Shown: positions 30,944 through 39,444, counted from the first letter of the stretch. The stretch: DNA of 44,762 nucleotides from Candidatus Omnitrophota bacterium (GCA_023247195.1 JAHFGY010000005.1:1-44762); one strand, 5' to 3'. A program made the numbers and translations. Notes: generated by a model from the letters alone, not told the origin.

Positions 30944-30983
30944 TGTGCCAGCCGCGCGATGTGTGGCTGGCACAACTCTTTTC
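30944..30983 (+). terminator. Terminator/attenuator-like hairpin after the first pilin gene
   Basis: TGTGCCAGCC / GGCTGGCACA forms a perfect 10-bp stem with an 11-nt loop, followed by the U-rich ACUCUUUUC. This is the typical arrangement after major pilin genes. Confidence 0.5.
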
Positions 30984-31008
30984 AACAAGACAGCGGGGAG
31001 CGGCGCGG

Positions 31009-31425
31009 ATGACGGCAATGGTTCGAAACGATCGACGCGGTATGACGCTGATGGAGGTCATGATCGTCGTCATTGTCATGGCTGTGGTCGCGGCGCTGGC
31101 TGTCCCTGGCTACCGGCAAACAGTCGAACAGGCGCGATCGAGCGAAGGTACGACGAATCTGAATATTATTCTAATGGGGGAAAAGCTCTACAAATCCGAC
31201 AATAGCACGTTTATCGGCGGGTTGGCTTGCGCGAGCACCGGAACCCCGACTACATGTACCGCCATCAATACCGCGCTCAATACCGACATAACCGCTGAGT
31301 TTTACAACTTAGCCATTGGCGGCGCGACTAAAGCCACGTTCTCGGCAACGGCAACCCGAAGGGGCGGCACGAAAGTCTTTACGATCGATCAGACGGGAAC
31401 CATCACTTCAGCAGGCACGTACTAG
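31009..31425 (+). CDS. Type IV pilin / pseudopilin, second subunit
   Basis: The ATG at 31009 follows GGGGAG. The leader is MTAMVRNDRRG|MTLMEVMIVVIVMAVVAALAVPGY with Glu5. The ORF-track start at 30943 lies inside the hairpin and was not used. Confidence 0.88.
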   Translation: MTAMVRNDRRGMTLMEVMIVVIVMAVVAALAVPGYRQTVEQARSSEGTTNLNIILMGEKLYKSDNSTFIGGLACASTGTPTTCTAINTALNTDITAEFYNLAIGGATKATFSATATRRGGTKVFTIDQTGTITSAGTY

Positions 31426-31426
31426 C

Positions 31427-32443
31427 ATGCGACATGGGCTCCGCCTCTCAGTTCTTCTATTTGTCGCCCTCGCTGCGGCCGGGACGGTTCGAGCCGAAGA
31501 TGTCACCCTCTCCACAGAGCATTCCTCTCCTACCGGGCGATACCGCACCGTTAATGCGAACGAGCGGCTCGATGTCGGCAGCGAGGCTACTTCCGGCGAC
31601 GCGGACTTATTTGGCAGCCTCGAGCTTGAAAAGGCAACGGGCGACCAGACACTGGCGGCATGGACTTCCGGCGGAAGGATGACGATCGAGGGAGGCCTCA
31701 ATATCCGGGACGCTGCGGGCGCTACCTCGTTGCTGTTTGTTGACGCGGCCACGAACCGGGTCGGAATCGGGAATTCGAATCCGCAGATGATGCTGGATGT
31801 AAGCGGACCGGTTCGGGCGATCAATATCCACTCCTACGCGGACGCGAGCACCGGCGATGCCGGTTTCTTTGAGCTCTTCGCGGCCAGCGATGCGTTTGAG
31901 ACTTTTGTTAATGAGCATGTTTCCGTGGCTTGCCATGCAGCCAATGCGCCGCCAGGGGTAAACGATTTTGATCTGCTTCCGCTCTATATCGACGGCAATC
32001 CACTTGTGCTCCAGGGAGAGCTTAAGCCGGGTGTCGTCGAAGCAGGCGGCCACGGCCAAGTAGTGATCAAGGGAGATCCCGTCCCGGGATTGGCCAATGT
32101 CGGACTAGTCGTTGGATACCAGAACTATGGCAAAGCGGCCGCCAACGTGGTCATGCCGAGTTCGCTTGAATTCAAGAAGGATGTCCAGCCGCTGGCACCA
32201 CAGGATTATCAAAGCATCCTTAAGAGCTTGGACACGTTCACGGTTGCTCGGTATCACTATTTAGAGGATTCTCCCGGTGCACCGCTTCAATTCGGTTTCA
32301 TTATGGAAGAAGCTCCCGAACAGGTGCGGTTGGAAGGGGGCATTAGCCTGTACGGGAGCTATGGCTATCTATACGCGGCGGCCAAAGCGCTCAAGGCCGA
32401 CCAAGACATGCTGAAAGCCCGCCTTGAGGCGCTTAAGAAATGA
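31427..32443 (+). CDS. Secreted tail-fibre-like protein 1 with C-terminal intramolecular-chaperone (Peptidase_S74-like) domain
   Basis: The ATG at 31427 gives a 338-aa protein with signal peptide ...GTVRA|EDVTLST. It has a NRVGIGNSNPQMMLDVSG fibre-repeat-like motif. The C-terminal domain runs from Ser245 (nt 32159): SSLEFKKDVQPL...FGFIMEEAPEQV...coiled coil. Confidence 0.8.
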   Translation: MRHGLRLSVLLFVALAAAGTVRAEDVTLSTEHSSPTGRYRTVNANERLDVGSEATSGDADLFGSLELEKATGDQTLAAWTSGGRMTIEGGLNIRDAAGATSLLFVDAATNRVGIGNSNPQMMLDVSGPVRAINIHSYADASTGDAGFFELFAASDAFETFVNEHVSVACHAANAPPGVNDFDLLPLYIDGNPLVLQGELKPGVVEAGGHGQVVIKGDPVPGLANVGLVVGYQNYGKAAANVVMPSSLEFKKDVQPLAPQDYQSILKSLDTFTVARYHYLEDSPGAPLQFGFIMEEAPEQVRLEGGISLYGSYGYLYAAAKALKADQDMLKARLEALKK

Positions 32444-33495
32444 TCCGGCGCTTGGGATTTTTCGGCGCGGCTTTCTTAGGGCTGTGCTCTTTGGCGGTTG
32501 CGGATGATGTGACGCTGACCTCTGCTTATCCGACCCCATATGGGGAATACGGGGACTTGACGATCCAGGATTCGGTCACCGTGGGCAAGAAGGCAACCGC
32601 AACCGGCGCCGCGACCATTTACGGTAACCTCGCGATTGCCGGCCCGGAAGATATCTCCGTGTGGGGGCCGCTCATTGTGGATCCCGCGGCCATTATCGCC
32701 GACTCGTCGCGGCCCGGCTTCTTCCGAGCGGATCCGAACAGCGTGGCTACGCTAAGAGTCGAAACCGACACGATTCCATCCCCACCCTGCGCGGCGCAAG
32801 ATTGGTACTGCCAATCGTACTGGGTCAGCATCGGAAAAACGAATAGCACAGCGCAATCTGAACTGGATGTGAACGGCCCGATTTACGCGGGCGAATTTCG
32901 AGCCGCGGACGGCCCGCTCGAGCAAACGCTCTTTTTAGAGACACGGGCCGATAACACAACCGCTCCGCCAAGGACATGGGGACAGCTCCGGGCCCAGGAT
33001 CCGGCCGGATGGGCCGGCCCCAGGAGCGTGCTGCGGGTCTTTGGCCAAAAAAAGATTGTTCTCAACCGGAACAGTCCCGGAAAAGTCCTTGTGGGCACCA
33101 ATACCGTTCCTGCGCAGTGCGCCGGTCCGAGCTTCAAATTTTGCGTGTCAAATACGCTTCAAACACGCATGAACACCCCGGCCCCCTATAGCTCTCGGGC
33201 TTTTAAGCGGGATATCGCTCCGCTGAGCGCTTCAGATTACCAGCATGTGGCCGACTGGCTCGGCCAATCCAATGCTATCTATTTCCGGTACAAGGAAGAT
33301 TCATCCGACGAGCCCTTAAGGCTGGGGCTGGTCGCGGAACAAGCTCCGCCGGAGATCCTGAGTGATTCCAAGCAGAATATCGCATTTGCCCAGCTCGTTG
33401 GGGCGCTGTACGCCGCAGCCAAATACCTCCATGAGCAGAACCAAGAATTGGAGGCGGAAGTGAGCCGCCTCGAGGCGGAGGTCAACGCTCCATGA
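32440..33495 (+). CDS. Secreted tail-fibre-like protein 2 with C-terminal S74-like chaperone domain
   Basis: 351 aa, joined to paralog 1 by an ATGA overlap. Signal peptide is ...SLAVA|DDVTLTSAYPTPYGEY. The C-terminal domain runs from nt 33190: SSRAFKRDIAPL...LGLVAEQAPPEI...coiled coil. Confidence 0.8.
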   Translation: MIRRLGFFGAAFLGLCSLAVADDVTLTSAYPTPYGEYGDLTIQDSVTVGKKATATGAATIYGNLAIAGPEDISVWGPLIVDPAAIIADSSRPGFFRADPNSVATLRVETDTIPSPPCAAQDWYCQSYWVSIGKTNSTAQSELDVNGPIYAGEFRAADGPLEQTLFLETRADNTTAPPRTWGQLRAQDPAGWAGPRSVLRVFGQKKIVLNRNSPGKVLVGTNTVPAQCAGPSFKFCVSNTLQTRMNTPAPYSSRAFKRDIAPLSASDYQHVADWLGQSNAIYFRYKEDSSDEPLRLGLVAEQAPPEILSDSKQNIAFAQLVGALYAAAKYLHEQNQELEAEVSRLEAEVNAP

Positions 33496-34700
33496 AACGG
33501 GCCAACCGCTGCGCACTCTTGGTATTCATGCTGCTTGCGGGCCGCACCGCCATCGCGCTCGCAGACGACGTCACGCTGACGACCTACCTGCCGTCTCCGG
33601 ATTGGGAAGACTACAAACGGCTGCAAGCAAGAGGTCAATTCACGATTGACGATGCGGCCGCGACGGCCGGCAGCCTGCAGATCTTCGGCAACTTGGACGT
33701 ATGGAATGGGTCGGTGACTGTCACGGGGGATGCTAATCCGATTCACTTCGGCCGGAACTGGGGACCGTACAGTACAGCTGGCACTCCCATTGATGGATTG
33801 CGCGTGCAGCCGGCCGCAAATTGTGTGTCCATTGGCACGAATACCTGCAATCCAGGAACATCGAAACTTAAGGTGTTCACCGCAATCCGCGGCAACGGCC
33901 TTTTTGTAAAGCCGCAAGGTCCTGAGCCAAATTATCTTTTCGCCAACGCCACGTGGACCGGAACACCGTGCCTCTTTGCTAGCCCCGCGAACCCTGATGG
34001 CACGCGTCGCGGATTTCTAGGGGCGCGGCGGATGATTGGCACGGGGCCCGCGCCAGCTGTGGATCCCTTTGCGCCGATGCGGCTGGAAGCCAGGCTTATT
34101 GAAATCGGCGATTGGCGACGCGCAGATATGGGCCTTCCCGTAATTCCTTGTCCGCCGAATCCGCCGACGCGATTCAAATGGTGCTCGACTCCTTACACCG
34201 GTCACCCGGACTATGGAGACACGACGCAAGGCATCTTGGTCGGCGTGGATACGATCCCTAATCCGGGGCAAGAGGATATTGTGCCGGCGGCAACCCCGCT
34301 ATGGTACCAGAATGTCGTCGTGCTCCAGGTTGGTGATCCTGCTAACCCGATGGATGCTTACTTTGGCAACAATATTCAAGCTTTTCCATCCTCGAGAGCC
34401 TTTAAAAAGGACATCGTGCCGTTGACCGCCGCGGAAATGAGCGGGTACTTGACTCAAGCCGCCAAGACGGACGTAGCGTATTACCACTATATTGGAGATC
34501 CGCCGGATCGCGCTCTGCGAATAGGTCTGATCGCGGAGGATGCTCCGAAAGAATTCAGCGACGGGAAATCGATTCACCTTTTCCAAGCGGCCGCCTATTT
34601 GACGGCCAGCATGAAGGCGCTCAAGATGGAAAACGATGCATTGCGGGCGCGCATCGAAGTGTTGGAAGCGAAGAAGGCAGCGCTGCGAAAGGCGCGGTAA
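33492..34700 (+). CDS. Secreted tail-fibre-like protein 3 with C-terminal S74-like chaperone domain
   Basis: 402 aa, joined to paralog 2 by an ATGA overlap. Signal peptide is ...AIALA|DDVTLTTYLPSP. The C-terminal domain runs from nt 34389: SSRAFKKDIVPL...IGLIAEDAPKEF...coiled coil. Confidence 0.8.
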   Translation: MKRANRCALLVFMLLAGRTAIALADDVTLTTYLPSPDWEDYKRLQARGQFTIDDAAATAGSLQIFGNLDVWNGSVTVTGDANPIHFGRNWGPYSTAGTPIDGLRVQPAANCVSIGTNTCNPGTSKLKVFTAIRGNGLFVKPQGPEPNYLFANATWTGTPCLFASPANPDGTRRGFLGARRMIGTGPAPAVDPFAPMRLEARLIEIGDWRRADMGLPVIPCPPNPPTRFKWCSTPYTGHPDYGDTTQGILVGVDTIPNPGQEDIVPAATPLWYQNVVVLQVGDPANPMDAYFGNNIQAFPSSRAFKKDIVPLTAAEMSGYLTQAAKTDVAYYHYIGDPPDRALRIGLIAEDAPKEFSDGKSIHLFQAAAYLTASMKALKMENDALRARIEVLEAKKAALRKAR

Positions 34701-34708
34701 ACCGAGCG

Positions 34709-35053
34709 ATGCGGCGGAATAGGCATGGATTCACTTTGCTGGAAGTTCTGATCGCCACGATTATCCTTGCGGGAATGGGGGCTATCCTTTTCGGTAGCTT
34801 TTTGACCGCTCGCCGATGGGTCGTGCAAGCGACGAGCGGCGTACCGATGAATCTGGCGCGCGAACGGTTGGATGAGCTTCAGATGTCCGTTCGCATGGAT
34901 ACCTGGAACACGGGGCAGATGAAGGTCTCGGCGCCGGCGTGGACCGCGGAGCCGGCCATTGTTTTGGACGGTGTTAGCTACACGCGCCGCACCCGGGTAA
35001 GTACCGTGCCGGGCATGCAGTACCGAAAAGTCGAGGCAAAAGTCGAATGGTAG
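34709..35053 (+). CDS. Minor pilin / pseudopilin (prepilin-type N-terminus)
   Basis: 114 aa: MRRNRHG|FTLLEVLIATIILAGMG with Glu5. Confidence 0.85.
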   Translation: MRRNRHGFTLLEVLIATIILAGMGAILFGSFLTARRWVVQATSGVPMNLARERLDELQMSVRMDTWNTGQMKVSAPAWTAEPAIVLDGVSYTRRTRVSTVPGMQYRKVEAKVEW

Positions 35054-35622
35054 CCCCCCGGCTCCGTCTTAACAAAGGGGTATCTCTCACCGAGCTGTTG
35101 CTCGCCACGATTCTCCTTTCCGTGATTTTCTTGGCGTGCATCTCGCTCTACCTCAGCGCCATGAATTTTCTAAAAGCGCAGAAAGACCGGTGGGCAAGAA
35201 TCGATTCCTTCCTAGCGATGGAGCACGTGGCACGGCGCATTGTCTTAGGCAACGACATTCTCGTGAATCCGGCGCAGAAATGGGTCAAAGTGCGGTGGGA
35301 TTACCAGGGCGACTACAACGTGCCTAACCGCACGCCGGAAAACTTTGCCGACGACCAATGGCTCAAATACGGCATCATCGGCAATGCGCTGCGTTGGCGG
35401 GTGGATGCGACGTCGGCGGCAAACGTCACCGCTGGGGATGCGGAGGTTCAAGCAGGCCTGTTTGTTGACGCCACGGCATCATTCTTTCTCTTGAATAACC
35501 CTCCGGGGCCTGCAGGGCCTCCCACGGTCGACGTGCGCTTGCGCACGCGCATCCAGCAAGCGCCCGATGTTTATATGACGCAGCACACCGGATTGATCGT
35601 GCGCGGACGGGCGGTGGACTGA
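35047..35622 (+). CDS. Minor pilin / pseudopilin (PilW/GspJ-like)
   Basis: 191 aa: ...RLNKG|VSLTELLLATILLSVIFL with Glu5. Overlaps the previous gene. Confidence 0.8.
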   Translation: MVAPRLRLNKGVSLTELLLATILLSVIFLACISLYLSAMNFLKAQKDRWARIDSFLAMEHVARRIVLGNDILVNPAQKWVKVRWDYQGDYNVPNRTPENFADDQWLKYGIIGNALRWRVDATSAANVTAGDAEVQAGLFVDATASFFLLNNPPGPAGPPTVDVRLRTRIQQAPDVYMTQHTGLIVRGRAVD

Positions 35623-36044
35623 TGACCAATCGCCGACTCAACGAACAAGGCGCAGCGCTGACTGTTGCCATCATGACGGTGCTGCTGCTGTCAATCCTCG
35701 GCGTCACGGTTTTGACGCTTGCGTATAATCAGGCCCGGTTAACGAACGCGGCGGTAGGGGGCCGGACAAAGGCTTTCTATCGGGCGCAGGCCGGGATGGT
35801 GGATGGGCAAGAGAAGATTCATGTAGGAAGCTGCCCGGCCTGCCAAAAGGTGGGATGCGCGAGCTGCGACTCGAGCTGTCCGACCTTTGGGGCGGCATGT
35901 CCTTACGAGAACCCAGGTCTGGATCCCAAGGCCTATTCGCTGGATGTCGACGGCGACAAAGTAATGGATACAACGGTCGACATTGGGCCGGTCGACGCGA
36001 AAACAAACCTCAGGGATATTGTGTCGCTGGGACTGCAGAACTAG
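35622..36044 (+). CDS. PilX/GspK-like minor pilin with Cys-rich insert
   Basis: 140 aa. The N-terminus NEQG|AALTVAIMTVLLLSILG lacks Glu5, as in PilX-N/GspK-type subunits. It has a six-Cys cluster and a DVDGD motif. Confidence 0.7.
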   Translation: MTNRRLNEQGAALTVAIMTVLLLSILGVTVLTLAYNQARLTNAAVGGRTKAFYRAQAGMVDGQEKIHVGSCPACQKVGCASCDSSCPTFGAACPYENPGLDPKAYSLDVDGDKVMDTTVDIGPVDAKTNLRDIVSLGLQN

Positions 36045-38799
36045 CGTCGGCTGGTTGTTCAGCCTCGGCGGGCGCTTCTAGCCCGTGCATGATCGTGAAA
36101 AACTCGGGCGTGAAGATCATTTCATAGCCGTAGAAGCCCATGTCCGTGGTTCCTCGGTCTTTAACGGCCTTCCAATCGTCGTAAAATCCCAAAGAGATGT
36201 CCATCCATTTAGGCGCGGTGTCGTACCATTCCGGATGGGCAAGCCCGCCTGCCTTGTACACGCGCGCCAAGTAGGCAAGCGCGTAAATGATCAAGTTGGC
36301 GTTGCCGCCGGTGTCGCGTGCCGCCTCTGAATAGATAAACATCCACTTGTCCGCTTCCCAGCCGTATTTGACCACGAAGTTCATGGTCTGCAGCGCCATT
36401 TCCTGCATGAGCGCGGCATCGCGCAAACCGTAGTCTTTATCATCTTGCATGAAGTGAATCACGGAAGCGATCAGCGGACCGGCCATCCAGGGATTGGTGC
36501 CGTTGTAGAGGGTTTTACCGTGAGGCGGCTCGGGCGAATTGTCCTGCCGGGGGTACATGTACCACCAGCCCGTGCCTTGCTTCCAATCGTTCTTGCCCAC
36601 GAGTTGCCCGTTCACGTAGTGCTCTGAGGGCGTCTGCCACCACTCGGTGAGGTGCTTCACGATTTGTGCCGCGGCCTGGTGGTACTTGGGGTCGCCGGTT
36701 CCGCGGTAAGCCTCATTCAGCGTGAAGAGCGGCCAGGCGTAGTCGCGTTCAGCCTCAGCCCAGTGCGGTTTGCCGACTGGGGTCCCGAATAACACAGGCG
36801 CGGCATTGGACCACCAATCGCCGACTTCGCGCATTACTTCAAGCGCGCGGCGGTCGCCGGTGAGCAGGTAATAATCGGGCAGCCCGGACAGATGAGCGTG
36901 GCCGCCGTGCAGGTTGCGGCATTCATGATCAATCATCTCGTGTTTGATCACATGCGCCTCGCCTGGCCCGAAGCCGACGGGTTTGCCCTTATGGTCCTTC
37001 CAGTAGCCGAGGCGGTTCGCGTGCGAGACGTCGATATCCATCCAATGCCGCGTCGCCATCTCGCCAATGTCCCACCAGATTGGATCAAGGGAGCGCAGGT
37101 ATTGGATGAAGTAGATATGCGCGCCGATGTGAGTGTCGTTATAGAAGCCGGGAATCTTCACGTTGTCGCGCACGCCCGCCCAACCGGGACGCATGCGGTC
37201 GCCGTAGTCGCGCCAGCCAAAGAGCACGGATAGCGATCCGGATTCAAGATGGTCTCCGATGCTTCGCTGGTATACGCCATCGTGGAGCCACGCTTCATAG
37301 CCTTCGGACCAAGGCCCGGCTTCGAGAAGATCGCCGAAGACGCCGCTTTGGCAGTACCACGCCGCGGACGCCAGCGCGCGCGGCGGGTCGTCGAACGTGC
37401 GCGCCAGATCACGAATCGTGGCCCATTGGCCCGGACCCTTGTGAAACTGTAAGAGCATCTGGTAGGTCTTGGCTCCGCCTTCGCGGGGAAAATAGAACGT
37501 GTTCGGCCGGCGGTAGCGGTTGTCCTCAGCATGGTTCGCGGGATAGCGAACATCCGGGCGGTCGCCGCTCGCACGCTGCGGGTGCAGCCAGACAAGCATC
37601 TTGCCGTCGTCGATCGCGAGCTCTTTGGGGAACTGCTGCCAAAATTTGCGGACGATCACGGCAACGCCTTTTTGCTCGTTGCTGAGGTCCATCCACCCAT
37701 CGGCTTTTCGGCCCTGAGCGATTCCTTCAAAGGAAAAGTCAAAAGGCTGCAGCGAGCCGTCGACGTAGCGCATCTCGCCGGATTGGTAAAGATAAGGGGA
37801 TCCTTCCGACGGGCCGGCAAAGACCTGGCCGCCTTCTCCGGCAAAGAGCCCGGTTGCTGACGGGAGCTTCACCGGCAGCTCGATACCGTAGCCGCTGACG
37901 GCCAAGGCAAGCTGCGAACGTTCGGCCTCGACGTCGCGCTCCTCGCGCGTGTCGACCAAGGAATAATCAACCTGCACCGTGTCTTGGCCGGCATAGGCGT
38001 ACAGGCGGATGATGTAGTCCGTCAGCTTCTTGCCCTTGTCCGAGTGAAGCGAGCCGGCGGCGCGGATCACAATGCGCAAGGGGCCGGCTTCTTCCACTTC
38101 GATGCGGGGATGCGGATCAAGGGACACACGAAAAGTTCCGCCTTCTTTAGCATCGGTCAGAAAAATATCGGCCGGCGCGGTCAGGATAGCTTCGTTGTCG
38201 GTAAATTGGCCGTCGGCATTGGCATCGGCCCAGGCTTGGCGGAACAAGGTAAAGCGATCTTTGCCGATGGTGAACCGCAACGGCCCGGTCGTGACCGTAA
38301 GTTCCTTGGGACTATCGGCGACCTGCAAGGGAGTTGCGGGCGTGCTGGGCGCAACAGCGGGATCGCTTTCAAGCTGGAACGCCTCCGAACCCGGATCCGC
38401 CAGGAAAGTCACCAGGACAGACTTGTAGCTGCCGTCCGGCCAGCGGGCAAGGCCGGCGAATTGCGCCGGGATCACGCTGCCGGCGGCGTCTTTGAGCTGC
38501 AGATGCGCGAGCGAGGTGACCGCCGCGCGAGGGAACGGAACGCCGGAGGAAACCGGCCAGCGTGTTGTGACGGGGCGAGAAAGAGATAAAGGAACCTGCG
38601 TCACTGAAACGGGCGGCTTGTCGGCAACAGCGCTCGGAGCGAGCAGGTGCGAGGTTGTTCCAGAGGACGCGTGCTGCTGCGATGCCGGGGAAGATTCTTG
38701 CGCAGCATCGGAGGGAGCCGATTTTCCGCAGCCGGAAAATCCGATGACCGTGAGCGCGCTCAATAAGACTGCATGATGTACTCGCATGAGCCGCATCAT
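36010..38799 (-). CDS. Large lipoprotein, possible polysaccharide lyase/hydrolase-like enzyme (function uncertain)
   Basis: 929 aa with lipobox ...VIGFSGC. The N-terminal pattern WPVSSGVPFP...LKDAAGSVIPAQ...RWPDGSYKSVLV resembles YetA/exo-rhamnogalacturonan-lyase-like proteins as I recall them. The Trp/Tyr-rich C-terminal half is consistent with an alpha/alpha barrel. Confidence 0.8.
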   Translation of the reverse strand: MMRLMRVHHAVLLSALTVIGFSGCGKSAPSDAAQESSPASQQHASSGTTSHLLAPSAVADKPPVSVTQVPLSLSRPVTTRWPVSSGVPFPRAAVTSLAHLQLKDAAGSVIPAQFAGLARWPDGSYKSVLVTFLADPGSEAFQLESDPAVAPSTPATPLQVADSPKELTVTTGPLRFTIGKDRFTLFRQAWADANADGQFTDNEAILTAPADIFLTDAKEGGTFRVSLDPHPRIEVEEAGPLRIVIRAAGSLHSDKGKKLTDYIIRLYAYAGQDTVQVDYSLVDTREERDVEAERSQLALAVSGYGIELPVKLPSATGLFAGEGGQVFAGPSEGSPYLYQSGEMRYVDGSLQPFDFSFEGIAQGRKADGWMDLSNEQKGVAVIVRKFWQQFPKELAIDDGKMLVWLHPQRASGDRPDVRYPANHAEDNRYRRPNTFYFPREGGAKTYQMLLQFHKGPGQWATIRDLARTFDDPPRALASAAWYCQSGVFGDLLEAGPWSEGYEAWLHDGVYQRSIGDHLESGSLSVLFGWRDYGDRMRPGWAGVRDNVKIPGFYNDTHIGAHIYFIQYLRSLDPIWWDIGEMATRHWMDIDVSHANRLGYWKDHKGKPVGFGPGEAHVIKHEMIDHECRNLHGGHAHLSGLPDYYLLTGDRRALEVMREVGDWWSNAAPVLFGTPVGKPHWAEAERDYAWPLFTLNEAYRGTGDPKYHQAAAQIVKHLTEWWQTPSEHYVNGQLVGKNDWKQGTGWWYMYPRQDNSPEPPHGKTLYNGTNPWMAGPLIASVIHFMQDDKDYGLRDAALMQEMALQTMNFVVKYGWEADKWMFIYSEAARDTGGNANLIIYALAYLARVYKAGGLAHPEWYDTAPKWMDISLGFYDDWKAVKDRGTTDMGFYGYEMIFTPEFFTIMHGLEAPAEAEQPADASSAVPATQYP

Positions 38800-38880
38800 A
38801 GCATGGAGTCCTGCAGCGAAAAAAGATTTGTGCGGGTGTAGGGGCTTGTGCTAGGCTGGCGGCAACCAAGGAGGAAATCC

Positions 38881-39444
38881 ATGTCCAAAGCATCACGGGT
38901 GGGTACTTTGTTGATGGCGAGTGTTTTGCTCTCCAGCGGTTGTTACGGTCCTTTTTATCTCACGAGAAAAGTTTGGGAGTGGAACGGCCAGGTTGGCGGG
39001 AAGTGGGCGAATGAAGTCGTTTATATCGTCATGGCGCACATTATTCCCGTGTACGGAATTGCCGGGTTGGCGGATGCGGTGATCTTCAACTCCATCGAGT
39101 TCTGGGGCGGAGCGAACCCCATGGCGCCGACGGCTAAGGACGGCACCTCGGTTCAGACCAAGCAGATTGCCCGGGGCGACGATGAAGCCCGCGTCAGCAA
39201 GATTTCAGGGCCTGAAGGCGAGCAGCTTTTGATCGAGCAATTCCACAAGGGCGAGCCTTCCGGCACGCTGCGCGTGGCGCAGATCAACGGCGTGACCACA
39301 GGCACGGACGCCGAGGGTAATGTGCTCTTCACCGCGAAGACGCTTGAAGACGGCAGCGTAGTCGTGAATGATGCCAAGGGCATTCAGGTTGCCTCGCACT
39401 CGCCTGAGGATGTGGCCAAGCTTCAGAAGGTGGCCCTCCAGTAA
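38881..39444 (+). CDS. DUF3332-like lipoprotein
   Basis: The ATG at 38881 follows AGGAGG. Lipobox is LLSSGC, followed by YGPFYLTRKVWEWN...DAVIFNSIEFWGGANP, which is characteristic of DUF3332. Confidence 0.8.
   Translation: MSKASRVGTLLMASVLLSSGCYGPFYLTRKVWEWNGQVGGKWANEVVYIVMAHIIPVYGIAGLADAVIFNSIEFWGGANPMAPTAKDGTSVQTKQIARGDDEARVSKISGPEGEQLLIEQFHKGEPSGTLRVAQINGVTTGTDAEGNVLFTAKTLEDGSVVVNDAKGIQVASHSPEDVAKLQKVALQ

Noticed and set aside
30965-30985. TGGCAC-N5-TTTTC resembling a sigma54 -24/-12 promoter upstream of the second pilin
   Set aside because: The -12 GC is missing. The TGGCAC is the 3' arm of a perfect 10-bp hairpin (30944-30974) followed by a U-rich tract, which is better explained as a terminator/attenuator. 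TGGCGCTTGCA at 30434-30444 has the wrong GG-GC spacing.
31427-34700. Possibility that the S74-domain fibre genes are part of a prophage or tailocin
   Set aside because: No capsid, terminase, tail tube/sheath, baseplate, lysis or integrase genes, and no att-like repeats, are visible anywhere in the window. The genes are translationally coupled to pilin genes on both sides.
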